NCBI GenBank assembly: GCA_021816865.1
Contig: JAKAWX010000003.1
Location: 34,681 to 98,680, forward strand
Source of the DNA: Thermoplasmata archaeon
GTDB lineage: Archaea; Thermoplasmatota; Thermoplasmata; Lutacidiplasmatales; UBA184
DNA: 64,000 bases
Direction: 5' to 3'
Positions 1-9,265 of this stretch are shown here, piece after piece (the stretch's first letter is position 1; each line of letters starts with the position of its first letter). The position numbers were made by a program, and so were the translations under genes. The notes below the pieces were generated by a model that saw only the letters and a program-made list of their open reading frames with translations, was not told where the DNA came from and did not search any database.

Positions 1-708
1 GGGATCCTGAGGACCCTTCACTTCGCCGAGCGTCTCGGCTGTCCGACCTACGTGGTCCACGTGTCGACGGCCGAAGGGGCCCGCCTTATCGGGGAGGCCG
101 AGCGACGTGGGGTTCCCGTGATCGGCGAGACGTGTCCCCAGTACCTCTGTTTCACCCAGGACGACCGGTTCGAGGTGATCGCGCGAGTGAATCCCCCGTT
201 GAGGAGCCGCTCCGACAACGACGCCCTGTGGCAGGCCCTGGCTCGCGGCGACATCCGGTGCATGGGGTCCGACCATATCCCGAACCGAACGAAGTCGATG
301 GCGACCGACAACGTCTGGACGACCAAGGTCGGAGGCTATCCGGGGTCGGGAGTGATCCTGCCGGTCCTGATGAGCGAAGGGGTCCACCGGGGCCGCATCG
401 ACCTGCCCACGGTCGCCCGGGTGGCGAGCGAGAACGCGGCGCGGTGGTTCGGGCTTTACCCGCAGAAGGGCGCGATCTTGCCCGGCGCCGACGCGGACCT
501 CGTCGTGTGGGACCCGAGCCTCGAAGTCACCTACTCGCCCGAGGTCGGGCACCTCTCCTCGGACTTCTCCTGGTTCACGGGCCGCTCCTTCCACGGCTGG
601 CCGTCCCACGTCTTCCGGCGGGGCGAGCTCGTGGTCGAGCACAACGAGCTGCGCGCGAAGTCCGGGAGCGGTCGCTACCTTCGTCGGCCGCTAGCGCCGG
701 CCCGTTGA
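1..708 (+). CDS. Cyclic amidohydrolase (dihydroorotase/allantoinase/hydantoinase family), 5' truncated by window edge
   Basis: Frame open from base 1 (GILRTLHFAE...); motifs VHVST, ETCPQYL, VNPPLR, GSDH, KGAILPGADADLVVWDP. Confidence 0.9.
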   Translation, partial: GILRTLHFAERLGCPTYVVHVSTAEGARLIGEAERRGVPVIGETCPQYLCFTQDDRFEVIARVNPPLRSRSDNDALWQALARGDIRCMGSDHIPNRTKSMATDNVWTTKVGGYPGSGVILPVLMSEGVHRGRIDLPTVARVASENAARWFGLYPQKGAILPGADADLVVWDPSLEVTYSPEVGHLSSDFSWFTGRSFHGWPSHVFRRGELVVEHNELRAKSGSGRYLRRPLAPAR

Positions 709-2145
709 ACGGCGGCCGGCCGGGTCGGCGCGTCCGCGTCGGACCGGCCCGACCGCATCGGAGAGCTCCGCCACGAGCGCCGCCACCGGCTCTCCGAGAC
801 GAGCCGACCACCATCGGTCCCAGGTCCGGGTCGCGGGGTCGACGGAGGAACGACCGGCCACCGACCGGAGGAATTTCGCACGGACCTCCTCGACGGACAT
901 CGGGTGCTCGGGATCGCCCCAACGGTGGCGCACGGTCGAGCGCATCGACCGACCGTCACGGAATGTGATCGTGACCTCGGCCGTCGTCGTGCGCGGATAG
1001 CGGCGGGTCGCGGCCTCGTCCTCTCGGAGGCGGACCCGGCGGCCCAGCGCGAGGACGAGGGGATCGAAGCGTCGCCCCGGACCGAAGCGTTCGGGTCCGA
1101 GGGTTCCGTCCCGGATCCCCGCCGCGATCACGTAGCGCGTGCTCTGCGTCAATTCGGCGAGCGGGCTCCCGGTTCGCGGCATCGAACCGGTGAGCGCGAG
1201 CGCCGTGCGGTACGTCCGGACCTCGACCGACCGGATCGTCCGCGGGTCCGTGGGCCGGGCGCCGGTGATCCGCAGGGCCGCGTCGAGAGGGGCGTGCGCG
1301 TGGCGGCCCCCCGGGTACGGCTTCAGGTAGACCTCGTCGATCGCCCACGGAGCCCCGGGCCCTCGCTCCAGGCGCCGAGGATGCGCCCGGGGCGAGAGCT
1401 GCTCGAGGAAACCGTGGGGCGGCTCGAAGCTTCCGGGGCCGCCGCCGAGACCTTCCCGCGCCCAGACCGCCGCGCGCAGGCCCAGTTCGGCGGCCATCCC
1501 GGCGATGAGCGGCTTGGCCGGACTCCGCATCGTCTGGACCAGGGAGATCGGTGTGGCGAACGCGGCCGTCGACAACGCCCGCTCGGTGGTCGAGAGGTCA
1601 CTCCCCAGGAGCCTCGACCCGGCCATCGCCGCGCCCAGGGGACCGCAGGTCCCGTCCGGATAGTACCCCGCCTGCGTCTGCCCGGGAAAGAGCGCCTCTC
1701 CAAACCGAACGGCCACCTCGTAGCCCGCCACGATTCCCGAGAGGAGCTCCCCGACGGAGTTCCCGTGGGACTCCGCGAGGGCGAGCGCCACCGGGACGGC
1801 TCCTTCGCACGGGTGCATACCGGCGCGCCGATGGCCGTCCTGGGCCTCGAGGAGGTCGAGGTGCACGGCGTTGTGGAACGCGGCCCGTTGGGGAGCGGTC
1901 GAACCGGACCAGCCGAAGATCGTCACGTTCCCGTGCGGTACCGGTCCGCTGGCCCGATCCACGGCGAGCGCCTCCGGGAATCGCGAGGCCGCGACCATGT
2001 TGCCGAGCGCATCGAGAAGGCAGAGGCGACTCTTGCGGACGGTCGGGCCCGAAAGCCCAGCGAGCGATAGACCGACAAGCGGCCGAAGGAGCCGCTCGAT
2101 CCTCTCGGCCCATCGGGTCGGCGGGCGCGGGGAGCGATCGCTCAC
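691..2145 (-). CDS. MmgE/PrpD family protein
   Basis: 3' part of ORF 691..3801; motifs LLDALG, AAFHNA..LDLLEAQDGH, HP, GYEV, YLKPYP, WGDPEHPMS..KF. Start GTG 2145 (alternative ATG 2172). Confidence 0.85.
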   Translation of the reverse strand: MSDRSPRPPTRWAERIERLLRPLVGLSLAGLSGPTVRKSRLCLLDALGNMVAASRFPEALAVDRASGPVPHGNVTIFGWSGSTAPQRAAFHNAVHLDLLEAQDGHRRAGMHPCEGAVPVALALAESHGNSVGELLSGIVAGYEVAVRFGEALFPGQTQAGYYPDGTCGPLGAAMAGSRLLGSDLSTTERALSTAAFATPISLVQTMRSPAKPLIAGMAAELGLRAAVWAREGLGGGPGSFEPPHGFLEQLSPRAHPRRLERGPGAPWAIDEVYLKPYPGGRHAHAPLDAALRITGARPTDPRTIRSVEVRTYRTALALTGSMPRTGSPLAELTQSTRYVIAAGIRDGTLGPERFGPGRRFDPLVLALGRRVRLREDEAATRRYPRTTTAEVTITFRDGRSMRSTVRHRWGDPEHPMSVEEVRAKFLRSVAGRSSVDPATRTWDRWWSARLGEPVAALVAELSDAVGPVRRGRADPAGRRSTGRR

Positions 2146-2379
2146 GGGGCGCACGACCCGTGCTCGGCCCATAACAGGTTCGCCCCGGAAGGGGACCCGG
2201 CGCCCCGGTGCTTCGTTCGGGACGGCGGCGGCCGCCGAATCGGGACCGAACCGCCCGGTTCCCACTGAACGCTCATATATCGGGAGACTTGTGCGAACCT
2301 CGGCTTCGAACGCATCGACCCACCGGCGGAGCGAAGGTCGCCGGGGCTCGGTGGAAATCGAATACCAAGGAGAGATTGG

Positions 2380-3708
2380 ATGGGAACCAGCGAAGGAACA
2401 GCGTCGACCGGACCGACCACGTCGAGCCCGACCCCACCGCCGAAGGGCGGGGGTCGAAGAACGGCCGCGATCGCCGTCGCGGTGGTCGTTGTCCTGGCAG
2501 CGATAGGCGGCGGAGTCTACTACTACTACTCGACCCACTCGAGCTCGTCGAGCGGCAGCGGAGACTTCACCGTGGGCGTCGTGGGTCCGCTGACCGGCGC
2601 GCTCGGCCCGGCGGGGACGCCGTGGGCCGACGGAGTCACGGTGTGGGCGAACGCGATGAACGCCCAGGGCGGCGTCCACTACAACGGGCAAACCCTGCAC
2701 GTGGTCGTGAAGACGTACGACGACCAGAGCAACCCGTCGCAGGCGATCCAGCTCGTCACGCAGGCGGTCAGCGGCGATCACGTCGACATGTTGATCACCG
2801 GATTCTTGACCCCCGACACGGACGCGATCGCGTCGACCGTCCAGAGCCTGCAGGTTCCGATCGTCGCGAACGCGGCGGACGACCCCGAGTTCCACACGGG
2901 GAACCCGTACCTGTTCTCGATCTATCCGACCACGGCGCAGCAGATGGGGACGTTCGCGCAGTTCTTCGCCGGACTCAGCCCCCAACCGTTGAACATCTCG
3001 ACCCTCTACGCGAACGAGGAGGCGATGATCGGCCTGCTCGGCACGACCATCCACCTGATGGGGCCGAGCTACAACATCGTCTACAACCAGACGTACGACC
3101 CGAACGCGCTGACGAGCTCGAGCGCGGACAGCTACCTGCTCGCGGCGAACGCGCCCCACCCGAACATGCTGATGGTCTCGGACGAGTACCCGGGGAACGT
3201 CATCACCTGGGTCCAGCAGATGAAGTCGCTCGGCGTCCGCCCCTCGATGATCTTCTCGGAGGACATGTGGGACGCGCCGTTCTTCATCAGCCAGCTCGGG
3301 GCCGACGCGAACGGCCTTGTCGGGCAGGACAACTGGGCGGCCAACATGACGAAGGCCGAGGCGAGCGGCGACTACGCGAACGCGACGTACTGGTACCAGC
3401 AGATGAACGCGACGTTCGGACAGACGATCGCGATCAACCAGCTGCCGTACCAGGCGATCATGGCCGCGGAGGTCCAGTTTGCGGCGATCCAGAAGGCCGG
3501 GGCCACCTCCGGTCCTGCGGTCGCGGCCGCGCTCGCGGGCCTCAACATGTCGACGGTCGACGGCCGGTTCGTGGCGAACTCGGCCGGGCTGGACATCGCC
3601 CGCGGACCGTTCGTCATTCAGGTACAGAACGGCCTGCCCGAGATCATCGCGCCCGCGCAATTTGCGACGGCAACGCCCATCTACCCGTTGTCGTCCACGT
3701 GGCCTTAG
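2380..3708 (+). CDS. Branched-chain amino acid-type ABC substrate-binding protein with N-terminal membrane anchor
   Basis: TM segment IAVAVVVVLAAIGGGVYYYY, Ser linker, VGVVGPLTG, N..GG..YDDQSNP; GGAGA upstream. Confidence 0.9.
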   Translation: MGTSEGTASTGPTTSSPTPPPKGGGRRTAAIAVAVVVVLAAIGGGVYYYYSTHSSSSSGSGDFTVGVVGPLTGALGPAGTPWADGVTVWANAMNAQGGVHYNGQTLHVVVKTYDDQSNPSQAIQLVTQAVSGDHVDMLITGFLTPDTDAIASTVQSLQVPIVANAADDPEFHTGNPYLFSIYPTTAQQMGTFAQFFAGLSPQPLNISTLYANEEAMIGLLGTTIHLMGPSYNIVYNQTYDPNALTSSSADSYLLAANAPHPNMLMVSDEYPGNVITWVQQMKSLGVRPSMIFSEDMWDAPFFISQLGADANGLVGQDNWAANMTKAEASGDYANATYWYQQMNATFGQTIAINQLPYQAIMAAEVQFAAIQKAGATSGPAVAAALAGLNMSTVDGRFVANSAGLDIARGPFVIQVQNGLPEIIAPAQFATATPIYPLSSTWP

Positions 3709-3769
3709 GCGGGGGAGGCAGCTCCACGGCGATACCCCACGGAACCACGGAAGCGGAGGGCTAGGTTTC

Positions 3770-4660
3770 GTGGGGTTCAACCCTTTCCTGGTCGCCCTCA
3801 TCGGGGGTCTGGGCGTCGGCAGCCTCTACGTAGTCTTCGCGCTCGGCATGAACCTCCTGATCGGGGTCATGCGAGTGATCAACTTCACGCACGGGTACCT
3901 CATGCTGCTCGGTTCGTACCTGACGTACTTCCTCTGGGAGTGGTACGGCCTGAACCCGCTCCTCTCGCTGCTGGTAGTGATGCCGGCGCTTTTCGCGGTC
4001 GGGGTCCTCTTCCACTTCCTCATGGTCCAGCCGGTGCTGAAGCGGCCGTACTTCGAGGACACGACCCTGCTCCTCACGTTCGCGGGCCTGCTCATCCTGG
4101 ACAACATCTTCGTCAAGCTCTGGACCGACAACCAGCGTCAGGTCCCGACGATCTACTTCAACACGCCCGTGATCTTTTCGACGCCGTGGGGGGACGCGGT
4201 CCTTTCCCAGGTCGTCCTGATCGGCGCGGGTCTCGCGGCGGCGGCGACGCTCACCCTCGGTCTCTTCCTCCGATTCACCTGGACGGGCCGCGCGATGCGG
4301 GCCGCAAGCCAGGACCTCCTCGCGGCCCGGCTCCTCGGGATCCCGGCGACACGGCTCTACGCGATCAGCTTCGGCATCTCGGGCGTTCTCGCGGGGATCG
4401 CCGGGGTCGTCGTCGCGATGGAGTTCCTCTTCTACCCGGAGTTCGGGTTCAGCTACCTTCTCAAGGCGTTCGGCGTGATCATGATGGGGGGCCTGGGGAG
4501 CCTCGTCGGGACGATCGCGGGGGGCCTCACGCTCGGTGTGGCCGAGTCGCTGACGGCTTGGGTGTACAACGGGGCCTACGGAACGTGGGCGAACGGGGCG
4601 GCGTACGTGGCGATCCTGGTCGCGCTCGCGGTCCGCGCCCTCTTGGGGAAGTCCCGGTGA
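3770..4660 (+). CDS. livH: LivH-type ABC permease
   Basis: ALGMNLLIGVMRVINFTHG, GRAMRAASQD..AARLLGI, GGLGS; GGAGGG RBS before GTG 3770. Confidence 0.9.
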   Translation: MGFNPFLVALIGGLGVGSLYVVFALGMNLLIGVMRVINFTHGYLMLLGSYLTYFLWEWYGLNPLLSLLVVMPALFAVGVLFHFLMVQPVLKRPYFEDTTLLLTFAGLLILDNIFVKLWTDNQRQVPTIYFNTPVIFSTPWGDAVLSQVVLIGAGLAAAATLTLGLFLRFTWTGRAMRAASQDLLAARLLGIPATRLYAISFGISGVLAGIAGVVVAMEFLFYPEFGFSYLLKAFGVIMMGGLGSLVGTIAGGLTLGVAESLTAWVYNGAYGTWANGAAYVAILVALAVRALLGKSR

Positions 4661-5652
4661 GCGCGCCGGTCCTTCCCGCCGCCGCTCCGGCGCCGACGGG
4701 GTTTCGCGGCCTCGGCACCCGCCTCGCGCGCTGGAACCACCGTCGGACGCTCCTCATCGTGGTCTTCGCGCTCCTCGCACTCCTCCCGGTCCTCTACCCG
4801 AGCCCGTACACCCTGGCGACCGTCCTCTTCTACGTCCCGTGGTACCTCGCGATGGCCCAGAGCTGGAACATCTCGGGCGGTTTCAGCGGCCAGCTGAGCT
4901 TCGGGCACTGGGGCCTCCTCGGCGTCGGCGCCTACACGAGCGCGATCTTTGCGGTGACCTACGGCTGGAACGTGGTGAGCGCGATGGCCATGGCGGCCGT
5001 CGTGACGTTCCTGCTCGGGCTGCTCATCGGCTACGTCGGCTCCGCGCTCCGAGGACCGTACTTCGCGATCGCCACGCTCGCGGCGGCCGCGCTCATCCAG
5101 CTCGTCGTCCTCAATTGGAAGTCGGTCACCCTCGGTTCGCTCGGCTTTCCGATCTTCTACATCCTCCTCTCCCCGTCCGACCTCTACTACGGCGCGCTCG
5201 CGCTCGGCGCCGTCGCGACGGCGATGGTCTATCTGATCAGCCGCAGCCGCATCGGGCTCGCCTTCGAGGCGGTCCGGGAGAACGAGGACCTCGCGACCGC
5301 GTCGGGCATCTATGCGCGGGGGTACAAGGCGCTCGCGTTCGGCCTGAGCGGCGCCATCATGGGACCGGTCGGTGGGCTCTACGCCTTCGCGTCGCACTAC
5401 ATCGACCCGACGTCCGCCTTCAACCTGCTCTACAACCTCCAGATCATCCTCATGGTCGTGGTCGGGGGGCGGGGCAAGGTGCTCGGCCCCATCGTCGCCG
5501 CGGTCGTCTTCGCCTGGGTCTTCGAGGTCGCGCTGACGAGCTTCAACGTCTACAATTACCTCATCACGGGGGTCGTGATCTTCGCGGCCGTCCTCCTCGT
5601 ACCCCGCGGGATCTTCGGGTTCCGGGGGATCCCCAAGGTCCTCCAGTTCTGA
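4657..5652 (+). CDS. livM: LivM-type ABC permease
   Basis: SWNISGGFSGQLSFGH, LRGPYFAIATL, AVRENEDLA..GI, VGGRG..LGP; GTGA overlap with livH. Confidence 0.9.
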   Translation: MSAPVLPAAAPAPTGFRGLGTRLARWNHRRTLLIVVFALLALLPVLYPSPYTLATVLFYVPWYLAMAQSWNISGGFSGQLSFGHWGLLGVGAYTSAIFAVTYGWNVVSAMAMAAVVTFLLGLLIGYVGSALRGPYFAIATLAAAALIQLVVLNWKSVTLGSLGFPIFYILLSPSDLYYGALALGAVATAMVYLISRSRIGLAFEAVRENEDLATASGIYARGYKALAFGLSGAIMGPVGGLYAFASHYIDPTSAFNLLYNLQIILMVVVGGRGKVLGPIVAAVVFAWVFEVALTSFNVYNYLITGVVIFAAVLLVPRGIFGFRGIPKVLQF

Positions 5653-5693
5653 GCACCGGCGAGACGCCGGCGCCCGGTCCCCCGGGACCGGAC

Positions 5694-6458
5694 CTACATT
5701 CCGAGCACAGCCCGCCGGATCTCCGGGTGGTCGAGGAGCTCGCGCGCGTTCCCCTGGTCGACGATCCGGCCCTGGGAGAGCACGTAGGCCCGGTCGGCGA
5801 GCTGGAGGATCTGGCGGACGTTCTGCTCCACGGCGAAGACCGTCACGCCCCGGCTTGTGAGCGAGCGGAGCGTCTGGAACACGCGGGCCACGACCTGGGG
5901 GGCGAGGCCGAGCGACGGCTCGTCGACCATGAGAATGCGCGGGCGGCTCATCAGCGCCCGGCCGATCGCGAGCATCTGCGCCTCCCCGCCCGAGAGGGTC
6001 TTCGCCGACTGCCGCGCGCGCTCCTTGAGGATCGGGAACATCGCACAGACCTCCTCGTACGTCTCGCGGAAGCGCGCCCGGGCGGCCGGTAGGTAGGCGC
6101 CGAGGGAGAGATTGTCGTGGACGCTCATGTTGGGGAAGACGTGGCGGCCCTCGGGGACGAGCGAGATCCCGGCACCTACGATCGCTTCGGGGGAGCGACC
6201 GGTCAGCTTTCGTTCGCCGAGGTGCGTCGTGCCGCCGAGGGTCGGGATGAGTCCCGTCACCGCGCGGAGGAGCGTCGTCTTCCCCGCACCGTTCGGGCCC
6301 ACGAGGGTCGTGAACTGCCCCTCGGGGATCTCGAGGCTCACGTCGTGGAGGACGTCCATCCGGTCGTAGCCCGCTCGAAGCGAGTCGATCCGGAGGGCCG
6401 GGAAACCGGTCGCCGTGCCGGGGCTCGAGGTCGGGACGGCGGACGGGGTCGACGCCAT
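5694..6458 (-). CDS. livF: LivF-type ABC ATPase
   Basis: GPNGAGKTT, VPEGRHVF, LSGGEAQMLAIGRALM, DEPSLGLAP, VEQN. Confidence 0.92.
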   Translation of the reverse strand: MASTPSAVPTSSPGTATGFPALRIDSLRAGYDRMDVLHDVSLEIPEGQFTTLVGPNGAGKTTLLRAVTGLIPTLGGTTHLGERKLTGRSPEAIVGAGISLVPEGRHVFPNMSVHDNLSLGAYLPAARARFRETYEEVCAMFPILKERARQSAKTLSGGEAQMLAIGRALMSRPRILMVDEPSLGLAPQVVARVFQTLRSLTSRGVTVFAVEQNVRQILQLADRAYVLSQGRIVDQGNARELLDHPEIRRAVLGM

Positions 6459-6489
6459 GGTGGGCTCACGCGGGAAACACGGGGGGAGA

Positions 6490-7116
6490 TTAAGGGTTCG
6501 CGGAGGAGGGTCGGACGGCGAGAAGCTCGGCGGAGCTCACGACCGCCCCGACGGTTTCCTCGAGGTTCCGCAACGCCGCCCGGTGAAGCTCTTCGTCGAC
6601 CCCCGCCACCGCGTCCCGAACGACGACGACGTCGAGGTCCCGCGCGAACGCGTCCCGCGCCGTCGCGTCGACACAGACGTGGGAGAGGACGCCGGTCAGC
6701 ACCAGCGAGCGCACGCCGGCCCGTTCGAGGCGCTCGCCGAGGTCGGTCCCGAAAAAACCGGAGTACCGATTCTTGTAGACGACCGGTTCGTCCTCGGCCG
6801 GTGCGAGCTCGGGGACGATCTCCGTATCGGGCGAACCGGGCGTGAAGAAAGGGTCCGAGCGATTCGAATAGGCCCGGGGCAGGATCCGGTGCCGGCGCGC
6901 CGGATAGTCCGCCCCATCGGCCCGGTAGCGATACGCGGTGTAGAGCCGGGGAAGCCCGCTGGCCCGGAACGCGCCGCGCAACCGGACGATCGTTTCGGAA
7001 AGCGTTTCGGCGTCGCGCACCGGACGGCCGAGGTGTGCGTAGGCGCCGTGGGGACCGACGAACCCGACCTGCATGTCGACGATCAATAGCGCCGGACGTT
7101 CGAACGACGAGAGCAT
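6490..7116 (-). CDS. Isochorismatase-family cysteine hydrolase (RutB-like)
   Basis: Catalytic triad motifs VDMQ, KNRYSGF, VCVDATARDA. Confidence 0.9.
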   Translation of the reverse strand: MLSSFERPALLIVDMQVGFVGPHGAYAHLGRPVRDAETLSETIVRLRGAFRASGLPRLYTAYRYRADGADYPARRHRILPRAYSNRSDPFFTPGSPDTEIVPELAPAEDEPVVYKNRYSGFFGTDLGERLERAGVRSLVLTGVLSHVCVDATARDAFARDLDVVVVRDAVAGVDEELHRAALRNLEETVGAVVSSAELLAVRPSSANP

Positions 7117-7138
7117 TCGGTGAGCATCGAGAGGAGGG

Positions 7139-7145
7139 ATTTAAG
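7139..7145. promoter_or_regulatory. Candidate shared bidirectional TATA box (ATTTAAG/CTTAAAT)
   Basis: Only AT-rich element in the 57-bp gap between divergent ATGs at 7116 (-) and 7174 (+), about 23-29 bp from each. Confidence 0.5.
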
Positions 7146-7173
7146 GAGGGGAGGACTGCCCGGGACGGTTCTC

Positions 7174-8379
7174 ATGGGTTCGTTGAGACGGCCGCTCGAA
7201 GGGCTGAACGTCGTGGAGCTTTCCCAAGGGATCGCCGGCCCGTACTGCGCGATGGTGCTCGCCGACCTCGGCGCGGACGTGGTGAAGGTCGAGATCCCGG
7301 GCGCGGGCGACCTCGCCCGAGGGTGGGGTCCGCCGTTCGCCTCCCCGCACAACTCGGCGTACTTCCTCTCGGTCAACCGCAACAAGCGCTCGATCGAGCT
7401 CGACCTCAAGACGCCGTTCGGCAAGGAGGTGCTGCGACGCCTCCTCGAAGACGCGGACGTGCTGGTCGAGAACTTCCGCCCCGGCACGATGGCCGACCTC
7501 GGCTTCGACCTCGCGACCCTGCGGTCGATCCGAGCGGACCTCTTGGTCGCATCGATCACCGGCTACGGGCCGGAGGGACCGAGCCGCAACGACCCTTCCT
7601 TCGACCTCATCGCGCAGGCGCGATCGGGGCTGATGAGCGTCACCGGCACGGTCACCGGGGAACCTATCCGGGTCGGGATCGCCCTCTTCGACCTAGCGGC
7701 GGGGCTCTACGCCGCCATCGGAATCCTCACCCAACTGCGCGAACGGGACGCGGGGCGTCCGTCCGTCCCGGTGGAGGTCAACCTGCTCGACACCTCGGTC
7801 TCGATGTTGACCCACTGGTTGCCGATCCTGAGCCTCGAAGGGAAAGTTCCCCCGCCGAGCGGCACCGCGCACCCGCTGATCGTCCCCTACCAGGTCTTCC
7901 CGACCCGGGAGGGGTTCGTCGCGCTCGGAGTGTCGACCGACATCCTCTGGCACCGGTTCTGCGGCGCGCTCGGGCTCGAGGCGATCGAGAACGACCCGAA
8001 GTTCTCGACGAACGCGGCCCGCGTCGCCCACCGAGGGGAAGTCCTCGCGCACGTGCTCCCCGCGCTCGCCCGGTGGACCGCGTCCGAGGCCGCCCGCGAG
8101 CTCAACCGGTCGGGCGTCCCGTGCGCGGTCGTCGCGCGCATCGAAGACCTCCCGCGCGACCCCCAGGTCGAGTTCAACCGCTCGGTCGTGACCATGCCCG
8201 CCCCGCACGCGGGCCCGGTGATGGTCGGGGGCTCGCCGCTCCGCTCATTGCTTCCCGAAGGAGACCCGCTCGTCCACCGTCCGGCACCGGACCTCGGCGA
8301 ACACACGGAGGAGGTCCTCCGCGAGCTTAAAGTCGCGCGACCCCCCCCTCTCACGTCGGGACCGGCGGGCCGCTCATGA
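7174..8379 (+). CDS. Class III CoA-transferase (CaiB/BaiF)
   Basis: LEGLNVVEL, AGPYC..LADLGADVVKVE, NRNKRS, ENFRPG, APDLGEHT. Confidence 0.93.
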   Translation: MGSLRRPLEGLNVVELSQGIAGPYCAMVLADLGADVVKVEIPGAGDLARGWGPPFASPHNSAYFLSVNRNKRSIELDLKTPFGKEVLRRLLEDADVLVENFRPGTMADLGFDLATLRSIRADLLVASITGYGPEGPSRNDPSFDLIAQARSGLMSVTGTVTGEPIRVGIALFDLAAGLYAAIGILTQLRERDAGRPSVPVEVNLLDTSVSMLTHWLPILSLEGKVPPPSGTAHPLIVPYQVFPTREGFVALGVSTDILWHRFCGALGLEAIENDPKFSTNAARVAHRGEVLAHVLPALARWTASEAARELNRSGVPCAVVARIEDLPRDPQVEFNRSVVTMPAPHAGPVMVGGSPLRSLLPEGDPLVHRPAPDLGEHTEEVLRELKVARPPPLTSGPAGRS

Positions 8380-9194
8380 GGGCCATCGATGTCGTGGCCA
8401 ACCTGCGCAACGAGCACTACGTCACCGCCATCCGGCCCTACATGGAGGAGGCGTGGAGGACCCTGCGCCAGGACATGGACCGCCTCGTCATCGCGCCCGA
8501 GACGATGGTCGAGGAGATGGACCGGGCTGGGATCGAGCGGGCGTTCCTGGTCGCGGCGAAGGGGGAGGGCTGGGAGGTCCCCTACGAGGACGTCGCCCGG
8601 GTCGTCCGCGAGTACCCCGACAAGTTCTCCGCGCTGGCCGGGTTCAATCCGTTCCACGGGATGAAAGGCGTCGCCCGGCTCGCCGAGGCGGTCGAAAAGC
8701 ACGGGTTCATCGGGGCGCACGTCTACCCGCACTGGTTCCGCCGGCCGCCGAACGATGCGATCTACTACCCGTTCTACGCGAAGTGCGTGGAACTCGATAT
8801 CCCGGTCCAGATGCAGGTCGGCCACGCGACGCCGAACACCTACCTCCCGTCGGTGGCGCGGCCGATCCTGCTCGAGGACATCGCGATCTATTTCCGCGAC
8901 CTCAAGATCATCGGGATCCACCTCGGCTACCCCTGGACCGAGGAGATGATCTCGGTCGCCTACCGGTTCCCGAACGTCTTCATCGCCCCCGACGCGCATG
9001 CTCCCAAGTACTGGGAGCCACGGTTCGTCGAGTACCTGCGCACCCGCGGGTCGAGGAAGGTCCTCTTCGGTACCGATTACCCGATCGTCGGGTTCGAGCG
9101 CGCCCTCAAGGAGCTCGCGGACCACCGACTGCCCGACCACGTCCTCGAGCGGTTCCTGCGCGAGAACGCCCGGGAGGTCTACCGGCTTCCGTGA
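8376..9194 (+). CDS. Amidohydrolase_2 family protein
   Basis: YYPFYAKCVELDIPV, HLGYPW, KVLFGTDYP, ENAREVY; N-terminal HxH replaced by DVVAN. Confidence 0.85.
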   Translation: MRAIDVVANLRNEHYVTAIRPYMEEAWRTLRQDMDRLVIAPETMVEEMDRAGIERAFLVAAKGEGWEVPYEDVARVVREYPDKFSALAGFNPFHGMKGVARLAEAVEKHGFIGAHVYPHWFRRPPNDAIYYPFYAKCVELDIPVQMQVGHATPNTYLPSVARPILLEDIAIYFRDLKIIGIHLGYPWTEEMISVAYRFPNVFIAPDAHAPKYWEPRFVEYLRTRGSRKVLFGTDYPIVGFERALKELADHRLPDHVLERFLRENAREVYRLP

Positions 9195-9265
9195 CGGTGC
9201 GAGGATAGGACCCGAGCGCTGATGAGCGATATCGCCGTACGCCGCAAGAGGACCGAACGAGTGCG

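Noticed and set aside
3726..3752. Three CCACGG repeats between the binding-protein gene and livH
   Set aside because: Short, irregularly spaced and GC-rich; no supportable function
691..3801. 1036-aa ORF; similar inflated ORFs include 39220..44028 (1602 aa) and 52442..55675 (1077 aa)
   Set aside because: The N-terminal extensions are Arg/Pro-rich antisense or off-frame shadows of real genes in high-GC DNA; only the 3' parts carry family motifs
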